DNA of 64,000 nucleotides from a bacterium (GCA_041640655.1 JBEPZV010000010.1:1-64000); one strand, 5' to 3'. Counted from the stretch's first letter, positions 1 to 11,252 are shown. Translations and numbers: made by a program. Notes: generated from the letters alone by a model not told the origin.

Positions 1-1337
1 ATTTGGCGGCGATGGCCTGGCTGTGGAAGGATCACACGGCGGTCGCCGAGGCGGAGGAGATCACGGAGCTGGCGCGGCGGATGCGCCCTCACTATCTGGC
101 CAAATATGGCGGGGTTTATTCGAGCGAGTGGTTCTTCAGCAAGATCCTTCATTGTCGGCGCACGAGTCCGGAGGTCTTCGATGCGGCATACCTCTGGGTC
201 GAGCTCGCCGACTGGATTCCCGCGATGCTGACGGGGACCGAGCATCCGGATCGGCTCATGGTGGGCATTTGCGCAGCCGGGCATAAGGCGATGTATAACG
301 AGGCCTGGGGAGGGTATCCCGACACGGAGTTCCTCGCTGCGCTGGACCCGAAGTTGGCCGAATTGCGAGCGCGGTTGCGCCCGAAAGCGTATCCGGTGGA
401 TCGAGCCGTCGGTGGGTTGACCGAGGAATGGGCGCGGCGGACGGGACTGCTTCCAGGCATACCGGTAGCCGTCGGGGCCTTCGACGCACACTTGGGGGCC
501 GTCGGGGCTGGCGTCGCTCCCGGCACGCTGGTGAAGATCATCGGGACGAGCACATGCGACATCACGGTCGTCCCGACGGACCGCGATCTGCCTGATATTC
601 CTGGGCTCTGTGGCATTGTGGAAGGAAGTGTGATCCCGGGCTACTATGGTCTTGAGGCCGGTCAGTCGGCGGTCGGAGATATTTTCAACTGGTTCATCCG
701 CTACATCCGCCCGCTCGGGCGCGCGGGCACGCACGAGGCGTTGGCATCAGCCGCGGCGCGCGTGAAGCCGGGCGAATCCGGGCTCCTCGCCCTCGATTGG
801 AACAACGGGAATCGAACGATCCTTGTGGATCAACGCCTGACGGGATTGCTGCTGGGGCAGACGCTCTACACGACGCCAGCCGAGATCTATCGCGCTTTGG
901 TCGAAGCGACGGCCTTCGGCGCGCTCACGATCATCCAGCGATTCGAGGAATACGGAGTGGCAATCGAGCGGGTGATCGCCTGCGGGGGGATCGCTGAGAA
1001 GAATCCGTTCGTCATGCAAATCTACGCCGACGTCCTCGGGCGCCCGATTCGAATCAGTCGCTCCGCTCAAACCTGCGCTCTGGGAGCAGCGATCGCGGGA
1101 GCCGTGGTCGCGGGGAAGCGAGCGGGAGGATACGATTCGATCCCCGAAGCTCAGCGCGCGATGACCGGGCTGAAGCCCAGGGGATTCCAGCCGAATCCTC
1201 AGGCGCACGCGGTCTATCGAGAGCTGTACCCCTTATATCGCACGTTGCACGACGCGTTCGGAACAAAGGAGTGGCACGGCAATCTCCATCATGTGATGAA
1301 GCGCCTGATTGAGATTCGGAATCGCGTTCGGCAGTAG
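1..1337 (+). CDS. araB: Ribulokinase (FGGY carbohydrate kinase), 5' truncated at the window edge
   Basis: Motifs [43 protein letters not shown]; directly upstream of araD. Confidence 0.92.
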   Translation, partial: LAAMAWLWKDHTAVAEAEEITELARRMRPHYLAKYGGVYSSEWFFSKILHCRRTSPEVFDAAYLWVELADWIPAMLTGTEHPDRLMVGICAAGHKAMYNEAWGGYPDTEFLAALDPKLAELRARLRPKAYPVDRAVGGLTEEWARRTGLLPGIPVAVGAFDAHLGAVGAGVAPGTLVKIIGTSTCDITVVPTDRDLPDIPGLCGIVEGSVIPGYYGLEAGQSAVGDIFNWFIRYIRPLGRAGTHEALASAAARVKPGESGLLALDWNNGNRTILVDQRLTGLLLGQTLYTTPAEIYRALVEATAFGALTIIQRFEEYGVAIERVIACGGIAEKNPFVMQIYADVLGRPIRISRSAQTCALGAAIAGAVVAGKRAGGYDSIPEAQRAMTGLKPRGFQPNPQAHAVYRELYPLYRTLHDAFGTKEWHGNLHHVMKRLIEIRNRVRQ

Positions 1338-1347
1338 GAGGGGGGCG

Positions 1348-2064
1348 ATGCTCGAGGAGCTGAAAGAGCGAGTCTGTGAGGCGAATCTGCGATTGGTCCG
1401 GGAAGGGCTCGTCCTCCTGACGTGGGGGAATGCCAGTGGCATCTCTCGTCGGGATGGCGTCTTCGTCATCAAGCCGTCGGGCGTCCCTTATGATCGGATG
1501 AGGCCGGAGCACATGGTCGTGGTTTCGTTGGAGACCGGAGAGGTCGTCGAGGGCGCACTGCGCCCGAGTTCGGATACGCCCACGCATCGCGAATTATACC
1601 GCGCGTTCCCCAACATCGGTGGAATCGTGCACACTCACAGCCTCTATGCCACGATTTGGGCCCAAGCGCAGCGCGACATCCCCCCTCTGGGAACGACGCA
1701 TGCGGATTACTTTTATGGAGCGATCCCCTGCACCCGTCCCCTCACACTGGAGGAGATCCTCTCCGATTATGAGGTGAACACAGGGCGCGTTATCGTGGAG
1801 CGCTTCGCGACGTTGGATCCGCAGCACATGCCGGCCGTCTTGGTCGCCGGGCATGCCCCGTTCACGTGGGGGGCGACGGTTGAAGCGGCGGTCGAGGCGG
1901 CTATCGTCCTGGAGTACATCGCCCGGATGGCCCTGGAGACGCTCTCTCTGAATCCCGCGTGCCGGGCGATCCCTGCGACCTTACTGGAGAAGCACTTCTT
2001 TCGCAAGCATGGGCCGGGAGCTTACTATGGACAGCCCGGATCTTCCTCCGCGCGTGCATCTTGA
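1348..2064 (+). CDS. araD: L-ribulose-5-phosphate 4-epimerase
   Basis: [29 protein letters not shown], RKHGxxAYYGQ motifs; SD AGGAGG before ATG 1348. Confidence 0.95.
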   Translation: MLEELKERVCEANLRLVREGLVLLTWGNASGISRRDGVFVIKPSGVPYDRMRPEHMVVVSLETGEVVEGALRPSSDTPTHRELYRAFPNIGGIVHTHSLYATIWAQAQRDIPPLGTTHADYFYGAIPCTRPLTLEEILSDYEVNTGRVIVERFATLDPQHMPAVLVAGHAPFTWGATVEAAVEAAIVLEYIARMALETLSLNPACRAIPATLLEKHFFRKHGPGAYYGQPGSSSARAS

Positions 2065-2100
2065 GTGGTCACCTTTCCGCTGAGGTTTCGGTCGGCGCGT

Positions 2101-2161
2101 CCTTAACCCCATTCCAAAGCCCTTAAGATCGTGCAAGACAACGCCGTCGCATTGGTAGTAG
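2101..2161 (+). promoter_or_regulatory. Putative regulatory motif upstream of TonB-dependent transporter 1 (CCTTAA direct repeat, TAAGATCGTGCAAGACAA, TGGTAGTAG)
   Basis: Near-identical copy upstream of the second transporter at 6137-6207. Confidence 0.5.
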
Positions 2162-2208
2162 GGTGCTCCCGCATCAGGAGGTGAGACCAAACAGGGGAGG
2201 ATCGAACG

Positions 2209-5200
2209 ATGATGGTGAGGTCTTTCACCCGACTCGTCTCCCGCATCGTTCTCGTGGGGATCGCCGTATGGGGATCCGGTGGATTACCGGCGTTCGCACA
2301 ACTGCGGATCGTCGGAGCGATCTCCGGGACTGTCGAGGACCCCACCGGCGCTGTTGTTCCCAACGCGAAAGTCATCTTGAAGGACACGAAGACGGGGTTG
2401 ACGAAAGAGACCGTCTCAAGTCCTCATGGGACGTTCCTCTTTCCCGATCTGGCGAGCGGGGTCTATGAGATCACGGTGACTGCGCCCGGATTCCAGACGG
2501 CTGTCATCTCGAATGTCTCCGTCTCCACAAGTCAGACGACGGATGTGCGCGTCAAGTTGGAGATCGGTCAGATGACGGAGACCGTCACCGTTGTGGGGCC
2601 GTCCGAAGGACTGGAGACGTCGTCTCAGCTCGTGGTGAGCACGATTGCGAAAGAGACGATCACCAAGCTGCCATTGGCCAACCGCAGTAACGTCTTAGCC
2701 CTTGCCCGACTCGCTCCGGGAGCGGCTCCGGCTACGGGAGGCAGTACGCGCTACAACAATTTGGCGGGCGGTGCTCTGAACGTCACGGTTGATGGCATCA
2801 ACAATGCGTCTAACGGCTTCAAGAGCGGTGGCACGGTCTTCTTCATGACCGTTCCGGTGCGCTTGGGGGCTGTCGAGGAGGTCTCCATTGAAACGGGGGG
2901 ACTCGGCGCGGATTCTGGAGCCCAGAGCGGCACGAACATCAAGTTCACGACCCGGCGGGGAGGCAGCGAGTATCATGGCAGCCTCTTCTATGAACCTCGG
3001 AGCGAGAAGTTCAATGCCAATACCTGGGCGCGAAATGCTCAGGGCTTGCCGCGCCTGCGCTCGCGCTCGCATGACTATGGTGGGAATTTCGGAGGCCCCC
3101 TTTTGCCTTTCGGTCCTTTCAAGAAGAAGATGTTCGTCTTCGTCAATTTCGAACGTCGGTTTCAACCCCTGCGCGTGGCCCGTACGGTCGCCGTGCTGAC
3201 GCCCGAGGCTCAGCGGGGAGTCTACACATACGTGGTCGCCGGTACGACCGATCAAGTGAGGACGGTCAATGTCCTGGAGCTGGCGGCGGCGAAAGGCTTG
3301 CCGACGAAGCTGGATCGCGTGACGCAGGCGATCCTTGCACTGCACAATCAGATCCCCAAGTATGCCACCCCGGTCCCGGACAATGATCTCAACCGCGATA
3401 CCTACGCGTGGGACGAGGAGAATAATCTGTATCAGTACTTCCCCACCGTCCGATTCGATTATCACATCACGCCGAAGCAGCAGTTCACCTTCACGTGGAA
3501 TTATTACCACAGTTGGCAACCGGGAGAGCGACGCTTGCCCGTACCGGGGTTGAGCCGGACCAATCCGTTTCGCCTGGGATATTTCATCTACTCCATGGCG
3601 CTGCAATCCACCTTCTCCCCTCGGACATTCAATGAATTTCGCTACGGGGTACAGCACAGCGGGGACACGAATACTCGGGCGGAATATGGCCTCTACTATC
3701 AGTTCGACGGGACCCCGCTGCGCATCGGCACCACGTTGCCCTTCGATGTCGTTGTCCCCTTCATTGATCAGCAGAATGTGACGGGACGCCATTTCATCAC
3801 GACGATCTACGACACGCTGACGCTGACGCGCGGGGAACACACCCTGACGTTGGGGGGGAGTTTCCGAAAGACCGTGTGGAACGATACGGCCGAGGTCTTC
3901 CCGCTTCCCACGTACGCGATGGGCACGCCGTCTGGGGATCCGCTGCAAGCCTCAACAGCCTTCACGACGGCGACGATCCCGGGGATCAACCCCACTCAAT
4001 TGGGCGAGCCTCTGGCGCTATATAACCTCTTGACCGGTCGCGTCGCTGCAGCGAATTTCGTGCGCGTGGTCAATCCGGACACGTTCCGATACGACGGGTT
4101 CATCAATTTCACCTGGACGAACTCGCTCATGGGCGGTATCTACGTGCAAGACCGGTGGCGGGTCACGCGGAGCTTGACCGTGAACTACGGATTGCGTTGG
4201 GAGATTCAAGGCCCCATGAAGGATGGCAAGGGGATCACGGCCGTTCCCGATTTGGCGAGCATCTTCGGGCCGTCGCGGCGCTTGTTCGCCCCGGGCGAGC
4301 TGAGCGGCAACACCAACCCGACGCTGCACGTGGGTCGGATCCCATATCGGACCGATTGGCGCAATCTCGCGCCGAATTTCGGCTTCGCATGGAACCCCTC
4401 GCGGCTCGGTGGATGGTTGGGCAAACTCTTCGGGGAAGGGAAGACGGTGGTTCGCGCCTCGTATGGGATCATCTACTACGACGAGGGCACGCAGTTCTTC
4501 GCCGCGAACCTCGGTCCCAACGTCGGGAAATTCGTCAGCGCCATCCCGCTCATCCCGGGGCAGCCGGGGAAGACGGCGCTGCCCGCCTTTTACACGCTCT
4601 CGGACATCGTCGCCAATCCGCTCACGCTCTCGTCGTTCGATTTCCCCACGACCGAGTACAAGCGGGTCATCAATCAAGCGGATCAAACATTCGCGCGCAC
4701 TATCAGCGGCTTTGATCCCACGTTGCGCGCTCCGTATACGATCAATTGGAATTTCGGTATCCAACGCGAGTTGTGGCGAAACTCCGTATTGGAGATCCGG
4801 TATGTGGGGAATCAATCGAAGCTCTCCTGGCGCACGAGCAATTTGAACGAGGTGAACATCTTCGAGAACGGGTTCCTTGAGGAGTTCAAGAACGCCCAGC
4901 GGAATCTCGCGATCAATCAGGCGGCCGGGGTGAACAGCTTCCAGTATCGAGGGCTTCCCGGACAGGTCCCGCTGCCCATCTTCGATGCCGCTTTCGGTGC
5001 GCGCGGGGGAGTGCCGCCGATTGCGCCTGGCTCTGGGTATCAATCGCCGACCTTCATCACTCAGTTGCAGACGGGAGCCGTCGGCGCTCTGGCTACGACG
5101 CTGGCGACGAATCCCAACTATGTGTGTCGGATGTTCGGCAGCGCCTTCAGCCCCTGTTTGCGGATTGATCCACGCTACAACGTCCCCGGACCTTATCCGA

Positions 5201-6069
5201 TCAATTTCTTCCTCCTGAACCCATATGTCGCCGGTCGCCTGAACTATGTGGACGATACGGGATGGCATAGCTACAACGGTCTTCAGATCCAGCTCCGGCA
5301 GCGTCTCACGCATGGCCTGACCTGGACGACGAATTACACCTGGAGCAAGAGCATGACGAACCTCGCCGTGGACAACCAGAACCAGAGCCTCGACTTCACC
5401 ACGCTGCGGAACCTTCGCTTGGACAAGCGGGTTTCTCCGTTCGACCTGCGTCATGTCATCCAATCGTTCGGAACATACGATCTACCGATCGGGAGAGGGC
5501 GGTGGTTGGACCTCAACAATCGCGTACTCAACGGCGTGTTCGGAGGATGGACCTTGGGCTCGATCTTCGTCTTCCAAACGGGAGCGCCCATTCAACTGAC
5601 CGGCGGGTTTCAGACGGTCAACAACACGAACAATCCGGCCGCGAGCGGTGTCCGACTCGCTCCCGGGGTCACGCTCAAGCAAATTCAGGAGATGTTCAAG
5701 GCCCCGTTGAGACGTCTGACCGGTCGAGCCGGCGTGACCGATTTGCAACGGCTCGCCGTGGATCCCCGGCTGATCGGCCCCGATGGTCGGGCTAACCCGC
5801 AGTTCCTGCTCCCCAATACGACTCCCGGAGAGTTCGGGCAGTTGATCTTTCTGCGCGACCGGAATACGTTCCAGTGGGACGTCTCGCTCACGAAAACTAT
5901 CCCGCTGGCCGAGCGCACGCACTTGGAGCTCTATGCGGCGTTCAACAACGTCCTGAACCATCCGAGATGGGGATTCCCTAATGCCAACGTCTTCAGCACG
6001 ACGTTCGGCGTCGTCGGGGCTCCGACGGGGAACCGCACCATCAACTTGCGAGCCACGCTCAGCTTTTAG
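2209..6069 (+). CDS. TonB-dependent outer-membrane transporter (Oar-like, N-terminal carboxypeptidase-regulatory-like domain)
   Basis: Signal peptide, GTVEDPTGAVVPNAKV, YVQDRWRV..LTVNYGLRWE, APNFGFAW, C-terminal Phe; 1286 aa. Confidence 0.9.
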   Translation: MMVRSFTRLVSRIVLVGIAVWGSGGLPAFAQLRIVGAISGTVEDPTGAVVPNAKVILKDTKTGLTKETVSSPHGTFLFPDLASGVYEITVTAPGFQTAVISNVSVSTSQTTDVRVKLEIGQMTETVTVVGPSEGLETSSQLVVSTIAKETITKLPLANRSNVLALARLAPGAAPATGGSTRYNNLAGGALNVTVDGINNASNGFKSGGTVFFMTVPVRLGAVEEVSIETGGLGADSGAQSGTNIKFTTRRGGSEYHGSLFYEPRSEKFNANTWARNAQGLPRLRSRSHDYGGNFGGPLLPFGPFKKKMFVFVNFERRFQPLRVARTVAVLTPEAQRGVYTYVVAGTTDQVRTVNVLELAAAKGLPTKLDRVTQAILALHNQIPKYATPVPDNDLNRDTYAWDEENNLYQYFPTVRFDYHITPKQQFTFTWNYYHSWQPGERRLPVPGLSRTNPFRLGYFIYSMALQSTFSPRTFNEFRYGVQHSGDTNTRAEYGLYYQFDGTPLRIGTTLPFDVVVPFIDQQNVTGRHFITTIYDTLTLTRGEHTLTLGGSFRKTVWNDTAEVFPLPTYAMGTPSGDPLQASTAFTTATIPGINPTQLGEPLALYNLLTGRVAAANFVRVVNPDTFRYDGFINFTWTNSLMGGIYVQDRWRVTRSLTVNYGLRWEIQGPMKDGKGITAVPDLASIFGPSRRLFAPGELSGNTNPTLHVGRIPYRTDWRNLAPNFGFAWNPSRLGGWLGKLFGEGKTVVRASYGIIYYDEGTQFFAANLGPNVGKFVSAIPLIPGQPGKTALPAFYTLSDIVANPLTLSSFDFPTTEYKRVINQADQTFARTISGFDPTLRAPYTINWNFGIQRELWRNSVLEIRYVGNQSKLSWRTSNLNEVNIFENGFLEEFKNAQRNLAINQAAGVNSFQYRGLPGQVPLPIFDAAFGARGGVPPIAPGSGYQSPTFITQLQTGAVGALATTLATNPNYVCRMFGSAFSPCLRIDPRYNVPGPYPINFFLLNPYVAGRLNYVDDTGWHSYNGLQIQLRQRLTHGLTWTTNYTWSKSMTNLAVDNQNQSLDFTTLRNLRLDKRVSPFDLRHVIQSFGTYDLPIGRGRWLDLNNRVLNGVFGGWTLGSIFVFQTGAPIQLTGGFQTVNNTNNPAASGVRLAPGVTLKQIQEMFKAPLRRLTGRAGVTDLQRLAVDPRLIGPDGRANPQFLLPNTTPGEFGQLIFLRDRNTFQWDVSLTKTIPLAERTHLELYAAFNNVLNHPRWGFPNANVFSTTFGVVGAPTGNRTINLRATLSF

Positions 6070-6081
6070 CCCTGAGGACTG

Positions 6082-6116
6082 GAGGTCCGGTCCTGCGGCG
6101 AAGGAGGCCGGACCTC
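6082..6116 (+). terminator. GC-rich stem-loop after transporter 1 (terminator or mRNA stabiliser)
   Basis: GAGGTCCGG...CCGGACCTC inverted repeat; no U-tract. Confidence 0.45.
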
Positions 6117-6136
6117 ATTGATCCCGTAGGGCCTCA

Positions 6137-6207
6137 CCCTAATCCTGTTCAATGACCCTAAGAGCGTTCAAGACAATCAGCTCGCGGGCGCAGCATAGTG
6201 GTAGTAG
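6137..6207 (+). promoter_or_regulatory. Putative regulatory motif upstream of TonB-dependent transporter 2 (CCCTAA direct repeat, TAAGAGCGTTCAAGACAA, TGGTAGTAG)
   Basis: 6156-6176 matches 2121-2141 at 18 of 21 positions. Confidence 0.5.
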
Positions 6208-6253
6208 TAAGGGGTCAGCGTATGGGAATGCCAAGCCAAAAGGAGGTCGCAAG

Positions 6254-9200
6254 ATGCGGATATCACTGAGAGGTGTCTTCGCTATAGGCGTCATTGTCCT
6301 TCTGTTTGGGAGTCTGGTGCCGGGGAGCGTTCGCGCCCAACAGCAACTGGGGACCATTCAGGGGACGATCGTCGATCCCACAGGAGCTTTAGTTCCGGGT
6401 GCGACCGTGACGGCGACGAATAAAGATACCGGAGAGACGCGAACGGTTCTCTCCAACGAGAGCGGATTCTATCGGATCGTGAACCTTCCCCCGGGGCGCT
6501 ATGACGTAACGGTGGAAGCCAAAGGATTCCGAAAGGCCGTGCGCACCGATGTCGTCCTGTTCGTCGGCGCGACCCTGGGCGTGAATTTCGAGCTGGAGCC
6601 AGGCGTGTTGGAGGAAGTCATCGAGGTGACGGCGGGGCTGGCGCAGCTTCAGACGGAAAAGGCGGATGTCTCAGCCGTCGTCGAGCGGAAGAAGATCGTG
6701 GATCTGCCGCTTCAGCTTCGAAATGTCTTCCAACTGGCCGCGCTGCAGCCGGGGATCACGGGATTGGCGACAGGCGCCGACTTCCTGACGCCGGAATACG
6801 GGATCGGCATCAACGCGAACGGTCAGCGGGGATCTGGAAATAACGCCTCGCTCGACGGGGCCAGCATCAACGGGAATCCTTGGGGAGGGACGGTGCTGAT
6901 GATTCCCAATGTCGAGTCGGTGCAGGAGTTCCAGGTGATCACCAACAACCCCTCGGCCGAGTATGGGCGGAATTCGGGCGCCATCATCAGCATCGTCACC
7001 AAGTCGGGTACCAACGAGTTTCATGGGTCGGTCTTCTTCTTCCACCGCAATGACAACCTTCGCGCTCTGAACATCTTCGCGCGCGGCGCGCTCCGCCGAG
7101 ATGCGACCAAAGAGGAGCGACAGCGCGTCGCCCCCGAGTTCCGACGGAACGATTTCGGCTACAGTCTCGGAGGTCCGATCCGTCGGGATAAGACGTTCTT
7201 CTTCACCTCATATGAGGGGCTTCGGGCGGCGACCGGTCAAGCGTTCGTGACGACGGTGGAGACGAAGGAGTTCGTGGACTTCGTCCTGCGGACGCGCCCC
7301 AATTCGATCGCGGCATATCTGTTGAAGAATTTCCCGCCGTTGGCGTATCCGACGACCGGTTTGCGCGACTTGGGGAGCCCGGTCCCCGGAGCCACGCAGA
7401 TCGGTCCTCCCGATGGGATCCCGGATGTCGGGAGCGTCACCGTCGCTCCCTCGGGCGTGCGCAATGGCGATCAGTTCAACATTCGGATTGACCACCTCCT
7501 CTTCGGGGGCAACGGGCGACTGCGCGGCACGTACTACCGGACGAAGCTCGATCCGGTGGACGTCGCGGTGCGACCGAAGTTCCGACAACCCTTCCCGCAT
7601 CGGAATCAGTTCCTCAATCTCGCCTACACGCACATCATCTCCCCGCGTACGGTGAATGAATTCAGCTTCGGGTACCTGCGCATGCACGGTCGCGCGCCGG
7701 ATTTGAATCCGGAGTCGCCGACGATCACGATCTCCGGATTGGGCGCCGGATTCGGCACCGCGTTCTGGATGCCGATTCGTTTCGCGCAGAACGTCTTCGA
7801 GTACAAGGACACGCTCACGATGAACCGGGGGAATCATGGGCTGAAGACAGGCTTCGAGATTCGTCGCGTGCAGGACAATCACGATTTCCATCACTGGGAG
7901 CGACCGAACTACACGTTCAACAGCATCCTGAATTTCGCCAACGATGAGCCCTTGACCGAGTTGCGCGCCGTGGATCCTATGACGGGGTTGGCGACGGGGA
8001 TCTCGGCGGGCTATCGCAACTTCGAGTTCGCCGCGTTCATCCAGGATGATTGGAAAGTGCGGCGGAACTTCACGCTGAACATCGGGTTGCGATACGAGAA
8101 CTTCGGCACGCCGAGCAAAGTCGGGTGGAAATTCCAGAACATCATCTACGCACCGGGGCGGAACGTCTTTGAGCGGATCGCCAATGCGCGCATGGCCTAC
8201 GTGGATCAGCTCTTCAAGTCGGACAACAATAACTTCGCACCGCGCTTCGGGTTCGCGTGGGACGTCTCCGGGAGAGGGAAGCTCGTGATTCGAGGCGGGA
8301 CTGGGATCTCCTATAACCGGCTCAACAACACCATCTACACCGATGAGAAGATGAATCCGCCACGATTCGCCGCGGCCTCGACGGATGTGCGCACGCCGGG
8401 AGCTCCCCCGATCGTGTATACGCTGGGGCCGAAGTATCCACCCAATCCGGCGCTCGCGCGCGGTTTGGACGAGCGTGGGGGCATTCGCGGCACACGGGTG
8501 AACTTGAGGGTCGTGGATCCTAACATCACGACGCCGTACGCGCAGAACTGGTTCCTCGGCATTCAGCGCGAGTTGCCCGGTGGGCTGGTGGCGGAGATCA
8601 ACTACATCGGCTCGGTGGGGCGGCACCTCCATACGGGCGACGGGCCAGGTGGCGAGAACTATAACCGCTTCGCCGGAGACCTGCTCGATGGCCGATTGGA
8701 TCGGCTGAACCCGAGCTTCGGTAGCATCAGCCTGGGTGAGACCGGGGCCAGCTCCAGCTTCCATGGCGGGACTATTCAGGTGAGCCGGCGGTACAGTCAA
8801 GGCTTCGCGTTCCAAGCCGCCTTCACCTTCGGGAAGGCTTTGGAGACGCCGGGCGCGGCCATGGAGGTGACGCGGCGCGACTTGGATCGCTCGGTCACCG
8901 GGTTCCATCGCGGGAAGAAGTTCTCGCTCAACCTCATCTGGGAGATCCCGTTCTGGCGGGAGCGTCCTGTGCTGCGACACATCATCGGCGGGTGGCAGCT
9001 CAATGCGATCACGCAGATTCAATCGGGCGCGCCGTTCAGTGTCTTTCACGGAGCGCCATATCCCCGGGGTGACTTCAATGCGGATGGCCAGACGGGCGAC
9101 CGGCCGAATACGCCGAGCTGGGGGAATACCAAACGCGATTTGAGCCGCAGCGATTTCTTGCGAGGGATCTTCACCGCCGCGGACTTCCCGTTGCCAGCTC

Positions 9201-9451
9201 CGGGGACCTTGGGGAACCTCGGGCGGAACACGTTCCGCGGTCCATGGTATGCGAGCACAGACATCTCGCTCTTCAAGAACTTCCGGGTGACGGAGACAGC
9301 GACGGTCCAATTCCGCGCCGAGTTCTTCAACGCCTTCAATCGTGTGAATCTGGGGACGCCCGTGGCGGATTTGAATAGCCCGCTCTTTGGGCGCTCCACC
9401 GGTGCGGGAGATCCTCGCGACATCCAGCTCGCTTTGAAAGTCCTGTTCTGA
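6254..9451 (+). CDS. TonB-dependent outer-membrane transporter (Oar-like)
   Basis: SD AGGAGG then ATG 6254; signal peptide; AEYGRNSGA, KSGTNEFHGS, FIQDDWKV, NNFAPRFGFAW, QLALKVLF C-terminus. Confidence 0.9.
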   Translation: MRISLRGVFAIGVIVLLFGSLVPGSVRAQQQLGTIQGTIVDPTGALVPGATVTATNKDTGETRTVLSNESGFYRIVNLPPGRYDVTVEAKGFRKAVRTDVVLFVGATLGVNFELEPGVLEEVIEVTAGLAQLQTEKADVSAVVERKKIVDLPLQLRNVFQLAALQPGITGLATGADFLTPEYGIGINANGQRGSGNNASLDGASINGNPWGGTVLMIPNVESVQEFQVITNNPSAEYGRNSGAIISIVTKSGTNEFHGSVFFFHRNDNLRALNIFARGALRRDATKEERQRVAPEFRRNDFGYSLGGPIRRDKTFFFTSYEGLRAATGQAFVTTVETKEFVDFVLRTRPNSIAAYLLKNFPPLAYPTTGLRDLGSPVPGATQIGPPDGIPDVGSVTVAPSGVRNGDQFNIRIDHLLFGGNGRLRGTYYRTKLDPVDVAVRPKFRQPFPHRNQFLNLAYTHIISPRTVNEFSFGYLRMHGRAPDLNPESPTITISGLGAGFGTAFWMPIRFAQNVFEYKDTLTMNRGNHGLKTGFEIRRVQDNHDFHHWERPNYTFNSILNFANDEPLTELRAVDPMTGLATGISAGYRNFEFAAFIQDDWKVRRNFTLNIGLRYENFGTPSKVGWKFQNIIYAPGRNVFERIANARMAYVDQLFKSDNNNFAPRFGFAWDVSGRGKLVIRGGTGISYNRLNNTIYTDEKMNPPRFAAASTDVRTPGAPPIVYTLGPKYPPNPALARGLDERGGIRGTRVNLRVVDPNITTPYAQNWFLGIQRELPGGLVAEINYIGSVGRHLHTGDGPGGENYNRFAGDLLDGRLDRLNPSFGSISLGETGASSSFHGGTIQVSRRYSQGFAFQAAFTFGKALETPGAAMEVTRRDLDRSVTGFHRGKKFSLNLIWEIPFWRERPVLRHIIGGWQLNAITQIQSGAPFSVFHGAPYPRGDFNADGQTGDRPNTPSWGNTKRDLSRSDFLRGIFTAADFPLPAPGTLGNLGRNTFRGPWYASTDISLFKNFRVTETATVQFRAEFFNAFNRVNLGTPVADLNSPLFGRSTGAGDPRDIQLALKVLF

Positions 9452-9461
9452 CGCGCGGAGA

Positions 9462-9500
9462 GGAGCGGAGGAGACTTCCTCCGAGAGGTCTCCCCGCTCC
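9462..9500 (+). terminator. Stem-loop between transporter 2 and the GH51 gene
   Basis: GGAGCGG-A-GGAGAC ... GTCTCC-CCGCTCC inverted repeat; no U-tract. Confidence 0.4.
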
Positions 9501-9526
9501 GTGCCTCTCTCTTCCACGAGCGGGCG

Positions 9527-11188
9527 ATGGGGCGAAAGGGGTATACGCGTCGCGCATTTCTCGGATCGGCGGTCACCGGGGCCGTGTTCGCGCTTCTGCG
9601 TCCTTCACGTTTCGATCGGCATAGGGCGGCCTTGTGGGGGGCGCCGTCGGCGGTGGATTCCCGGATCGAGGTCCTGTTGAACGAGCCGATCGCTCGCATT
9701 GCTCCGGAGATCTACGGGCACTTCATCGAGCACCTGGGCGGCGTGATTTATGATGGCGTTTGGGTCGGAGAGGACTCGCGAATTCCCAATATCGGAGGCA
9801 TTCGCAAGGCTCTGGTGGAGGCGATGCGCGAGATCAAGCCGGGCGTCGTGCGCTGGCCGGGTGGATGCTTCGCCGATGCGTATGATTGGCGCGATGGGAT
9901 CGGGCCGCGCGAGAGGCGTCCGCGTCGAACGAACTTCTGGGTGGACAATCGCGAATGGCGGGATGTGGGCATCGTCCCGCAGAAATATGAGCCGAATCAC
10001 TTCGGCACACACGAATTCATCCGCTTCTGCCGGTTGATCGGCGCCCAACCCTACATCGCGGCGAACGTGCGGACGCTACCGGCCAGCGTCTTCCACCAGT
10101 GGATCGAGTACTGCAATTCGCCAGCTGGCAGCACCACGTGGGCGGACGTGCGGGCCGCTCACGGAGATCGTGAGCCGTTCAACGTCCGCTACTGGGGCGT
10201 GGGCAACGAGTCATGGGGATGTGGGGGGAACTTCACGCCGGAAGAATACGCGGCCGAATTTCGTCGCTTCACCACCTGGGCCGTGCCTGATTATGGTGTT
10301 GGGCTGCGCTTCATCGCCGCCGGGCCGAGTGGTCGGGACCTGGAGTGGACGCGCCGGTTCTTCGCGAAGATCGCCGAGCGCCGCGCCTTCGATCGGCTCT
10401 GGGGATGGGCGTTGCATCACTATTCGAGCTTCTCCGGAGGGGAAGCCATCAACTACGATGCCACAGGGTGGTATGAGTTGCTGCAGAGCGCCGATCGCAT
10501 GGAATCACTCCTCATCGCTCATTGGCAGGTGATGGGGGAGATGGATCGCGAGCGTCGCGTCCGACTGGTCGTGGACGAATGGGGGGCGTGGTATCGCATG
10601 ACGACGAATATCCATCCGACGCATCTCTTCGGCCAGCAATCCACGATTCGAGATGCCGTGGTCGCGGGACTGACGTTGGACACATTCAATCGGCATGCGG
10701 ACAAAGTCGGGATGGCGAACATCGCGCAGCTCATCAATTGCCTCCACTCGCTCTTTCTGGCGCACGAGGAGAAATTCGTCCGAACGCCGACCTATTACGT
10801 CTTCGCCATGTACGCCGACCATCAGGAAGGACAAGCCGTGCGGACGATCTTCTCCGCACCACGCGTGAGCTGGACCGATCGGTCGAATCGGCCGCAGTTC
10901 TTCTGGGGGCTCAATGGATCGGCTTCGGTGAAGGGAAAGATCGTGACGCTCACGGTGACCAATCCCCATCTCTCGGAAGCGCGTGAGACCGAGGTCCTCG
11001 TTCGGGGGGCGACGATCGCCTCCGCGCGCGCGACGATCCTGACGGCTCGGAGCATGCACGAGTGCAACACATTCGAGCAGCCGCAACTTGTCATCCCGAG
11101 AGAGGAGGAGATCGCCGTTCGAACGCCCGTCATGGTTTATGCGTTTCCTCCCGCCTCGGTCGTCAAGCTTCGCCTCGTGCTCTCCTAG
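9527..11188 (+). CDS. abfA: Alpha-L-arabinofuranosidase, GH51, Tat-exported
   Basis: TRRAFL Tat motif; GHFIEHLG, RWPGGCFAD, GVGNESWG, VVDEWG, MANIAQ motifs. Confidence 0.9.
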   Translation: MGRKGYTRRAFLGSAVTGAVFALLRPSRFDRHRAALWGAPSAVDSRIEVLLNEPIARIAPEIYGHFIEHLGGVIYDGVWVGEDSRIPNIGGIRKALVEAMREIKPGVVRWPGGCFADAYDWRDGIGPRERRPRRTNFWVDNREWRDVGIVPQKYEPNHFGTHEFIRFCRLIGAQPYIAANVRTLPASVFHQWIEYCNSPAGSTTWADVRAAHGDREPFNVRYWGVGNESWGCGGNFTPEEYAAEFRRFTTWAVPDYGVGLRFIAAGPSGRDLEWTRRFFAKIAERRAFDRLWGWALHHYSSFSGGEAINYDATGWYELLQSADRMESLLIAHWQVMGEMDRERRVRLVVDEWGAWYRMTTNIHPTHLFGQQSTIRDAVVAGLTLDTFNRHADKVGMANIAQLINCLHSLFLAHEEKFVRTPTYYVFAMYADHQEGQAVRTIFSAPRVSWTDRSNRPQFFWGLNGSASVKGKIVTLTVTNPHLSEARETEVLVRGATIASARATILTARSMHECNTFEQPQLVIPREEEIAVRTPVMVYAFPPASVVKLRLVLS

Positions 11189-11252
11189 GGACGGCGTCAT
11201 GAGCAAGTGCGCATTCGCTTGCTCGGCCTCAGGACTTCAGAGGGGGACTTCG

